A stretch of 52,085 nt of DNA, the filler included, from Jimgerdemannia flammicorona (lineage: Eukaryota): NCBI GenBank assembly GCA_003990765.1. It is 2 parts of 2 records of this genome, joined end to end, with 100 filler letters (N's around TTAATTAATTAA, not from the genome) between each part and the next. Parts side by side here need not be neighbours in the genome. Positions count along the whole stretch, not along the records: positions 26,094 to 52,085 come from RBNJ01000769.1; 1 more part is not named here. The stretch is one strand, 5' to 3'. This document shows positions 50,229 through 52,085 of the stretch, in pieces (the first letter of the stretch is position 1; the number at the start of each line of letters is the position of its first letter). A model generated the notes under the pieces. The model had not been told where the DNA came from and did not search any database. It saw only the letters and a list, made by a program, of their open reading frames with translations. The position numbers were made by a program, and so were the translations under genes.

Positions 50229-50731
50229 CTCAGAGGATAGATCAACGCCTCCAGACCCTTATCCTTAGCTCTTTCCAAGCTCTGCCAATTCCCCTGCCCC
50301 AGTTTTGCCAACTTGAAGGAACTCCTATACAATTGATCCAGAAGCATCAAGAGAACCTTACCATTGTCCAGAGGTTACTTCAGATCCACCATCTACAAGC
50401 CTTCTACAACATTGGACAGTTATTGACAGAACAACCTTACATAAGGAGCCCAGCCAGAATTACTCTCAGAGAAGCAAGAACTGCCAAATGAATCTACACC
50501 CTATATAATCGAAATGTTGGAGCCCTGGTGCAGGCTCACTTCTATCTCAATGATATCCATCAGATAAATGAGACCATCTTCCAGAGTATTCTTCAACAAG
50601 TGGACATCCTGTTTCCTGAAGAACAAGTAGAGGTTTCAGAGCCAGAATGGAGTGACCCTGGTACAGACAATGAAGATGATAGAACAGGCATAGATGCAGA
50701 GGCAGCTTATGCTTATTGGGATGATGACTGA
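50225..50731 (+). pseudogene. Element E accessory ORF (168 codons, one probable CGA>TGA stop), homologous to the element A LTR ORF
   Basis: ATG overlaps the integrase stop (ATGA). 50198-50491 and 50528-50731 are in frame. Acidic C-terminus. Confidence 0.8.
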
Positions 50732-50770
50732 AGAACAGTCTGGGACAGACTATCTTTTAGTAGGGGCTGA

Positions 50771-52053
50771 TGTGACAAACCACAAAACATAGTAATCTCG
50801 AAACTCAACCAGATGACATGAACATTAGCCTAGCATAGCAACCAGCAACCATTGCTGCGAAAAATGTATAAATAACCCAAATAGCTAAAAGGAAACACCC
50901 TGACAGTGGCTGTCACCCTGACAGTGGCTGTCACCCTAACAGTGGCTGTTACCCTGATAGTGGCTGTCACTCTGACAGTAGATGTCACCCCAGAAATAGC
51001 ATTCTATAGTTAGCCAGATAGCAACCAGATAGCAACCACAATGTATAAATTATCCCAGAGACAAGAGTGAATAAACCTCAGTCTGAAAGTTGAATACAAA
51101 CCAAAGCAAAAGTCAATTGTCTGGTACACTTAGGAGAAATGCCTGTCAAAAGCCACTTGATCCAGGAAGGATTGCAACACTTAGGAGATATGCCTGCCAA
51201 CGAGCCACTACCAAGAAGTTATAAGCTTGGTTCTCTTCTCTTCTACTCCAGTCCACTTTCTGATACAAAGAACAAGTTTGTTTTGGTTTGCTTGCCAGAT
51301 AAGCCTGAAGTTTGCCGCCTAAGTTTAAGAAAGAACTTCACTGCTGTTTCCTAGTTGAAGCCACCAATTCAGGAAGAATCCGTGCCATCCGAGTTATTTC
51401 CCAGAAGCCCGCCAATTCCGGAGAATCTGCATCATCTGCCATTTTCAAGTTATCTGTATTCCCAGAAGAGCCCGACTCAGAAGAACTCATGCCATCCGAG
51501 TATTATTCCCAGAGAGACCGAGTCATCCGCGACATCCAAGTTATTCATTATTCCCAGTGAGCCCGAGAAGAACCTGCCACCAGTATAAATCCCAGTAAGA
51601 AGAACCCATGCCATTCTCTATTCCCAGTGAGCCAAATTGAGTTATCCGCCAAATTATTAGAATGCCCTGCATAAGGAACCCGTCACACACACAAGGAGAT
51701 TGTCACACTACACAGAAATCGCCCGTCACCCGAGAAGGAAACTGCTAAATTGCCAGATCATCACGAATAAGAAACTCATTGCCTCGCTACACAAAATTGT
51801 GGCATTCTCAGTTGACCCAAGAAGGAAAAGACGTACAAATCACTGCTACACTCAGAGAACCGTCCTAATTAGGAAATCGACACACAGATCGCTCACTGAT
51901 ATCCAGCTTTTGACTATTATACCACTAAACACCAAGGACCTCAGGAATCTTAGAACATTTTGTTGCTTTTTTGACAAAGTAACTGGGGGCTCAAGCCAAA
52001 CTACATCAACCCCCAACCTTGTAATTTGCCTCCATTGAGCCAGGCACATTACA
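50771..52053 (+). repeat. Element E 3' LTR
   Basis: TGTGACA...CATTACA, a repeat of 41911-43221. Confidence 0.95.
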
Positions 52054-52085
52054 ATATATTGAAAGAAGAGCTTTTTTTTTTATCA

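Larger units (their letters stand above)
41911..52053 (+). mobile_element. Element E: full-length Ty3/Gypsy family 2 LTR retrotransposon (no chromodomain) with an extra 3' ORF
   Basis: LTRs 41911-43221 and 50771-52053. Flanking ATAT at 41907-41910 and 52054-52057 (apparent 4-bp TSD). PBS, gag, PR, dUTPase, YMDD RT, RNase H and integrase present. Confidence 0.96.

Overview
Eukaryotic, probably fungal, repeat-dense region. An early-diverging Mucoromycota-type host is inferred only from one interrupted host gene family. A 100-bp artificial N/TTAATTAATTAA linker at 25994-26093 joins two contigs. Contents: (A) a full-length Ty3/Gypsy chromovirus at 1019-17328 with 2-kb LTRs, TSD ATTTC and gag-dUTPase-PR-RT-RH-IN-chromodomain, interrupted by a full-length L1/Tx1-like LINE (8772-14650, 16-bp TSD); (B) a pol-deleted relative with a different U3 (18434-24418) inserted in an intron-containing host pseudogene; (C, E) two copies of a second Gypsy family (26094-32194 minus, truncated; 41911-52053 plus, complete) with a tRNA-Pro-like PBS; (D) a heavily AT-shifted Gypsy relic; and a frameshifted cytochrome P450. 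Most interesting result: three different Gypsy elements carry a homologous unannotated accessory protein with a [YF]Y-x-IG-x-LL motif near residue 60. In A it lies inside the LTR U3 behind promoter-like motifs. In E it lies after integrase, coupled by an ATGA stop/start overlap. D appears to hold a relic. Family C/E also shows a -1 frameshift signal placed after PR/dUTPase, an apparently separate integrase ORF, and 18-bp LTR arrays whose sequence has turned over while keeping an ACAG-N3-CTGT palindrome. All coordinates and alignments were read by eye.
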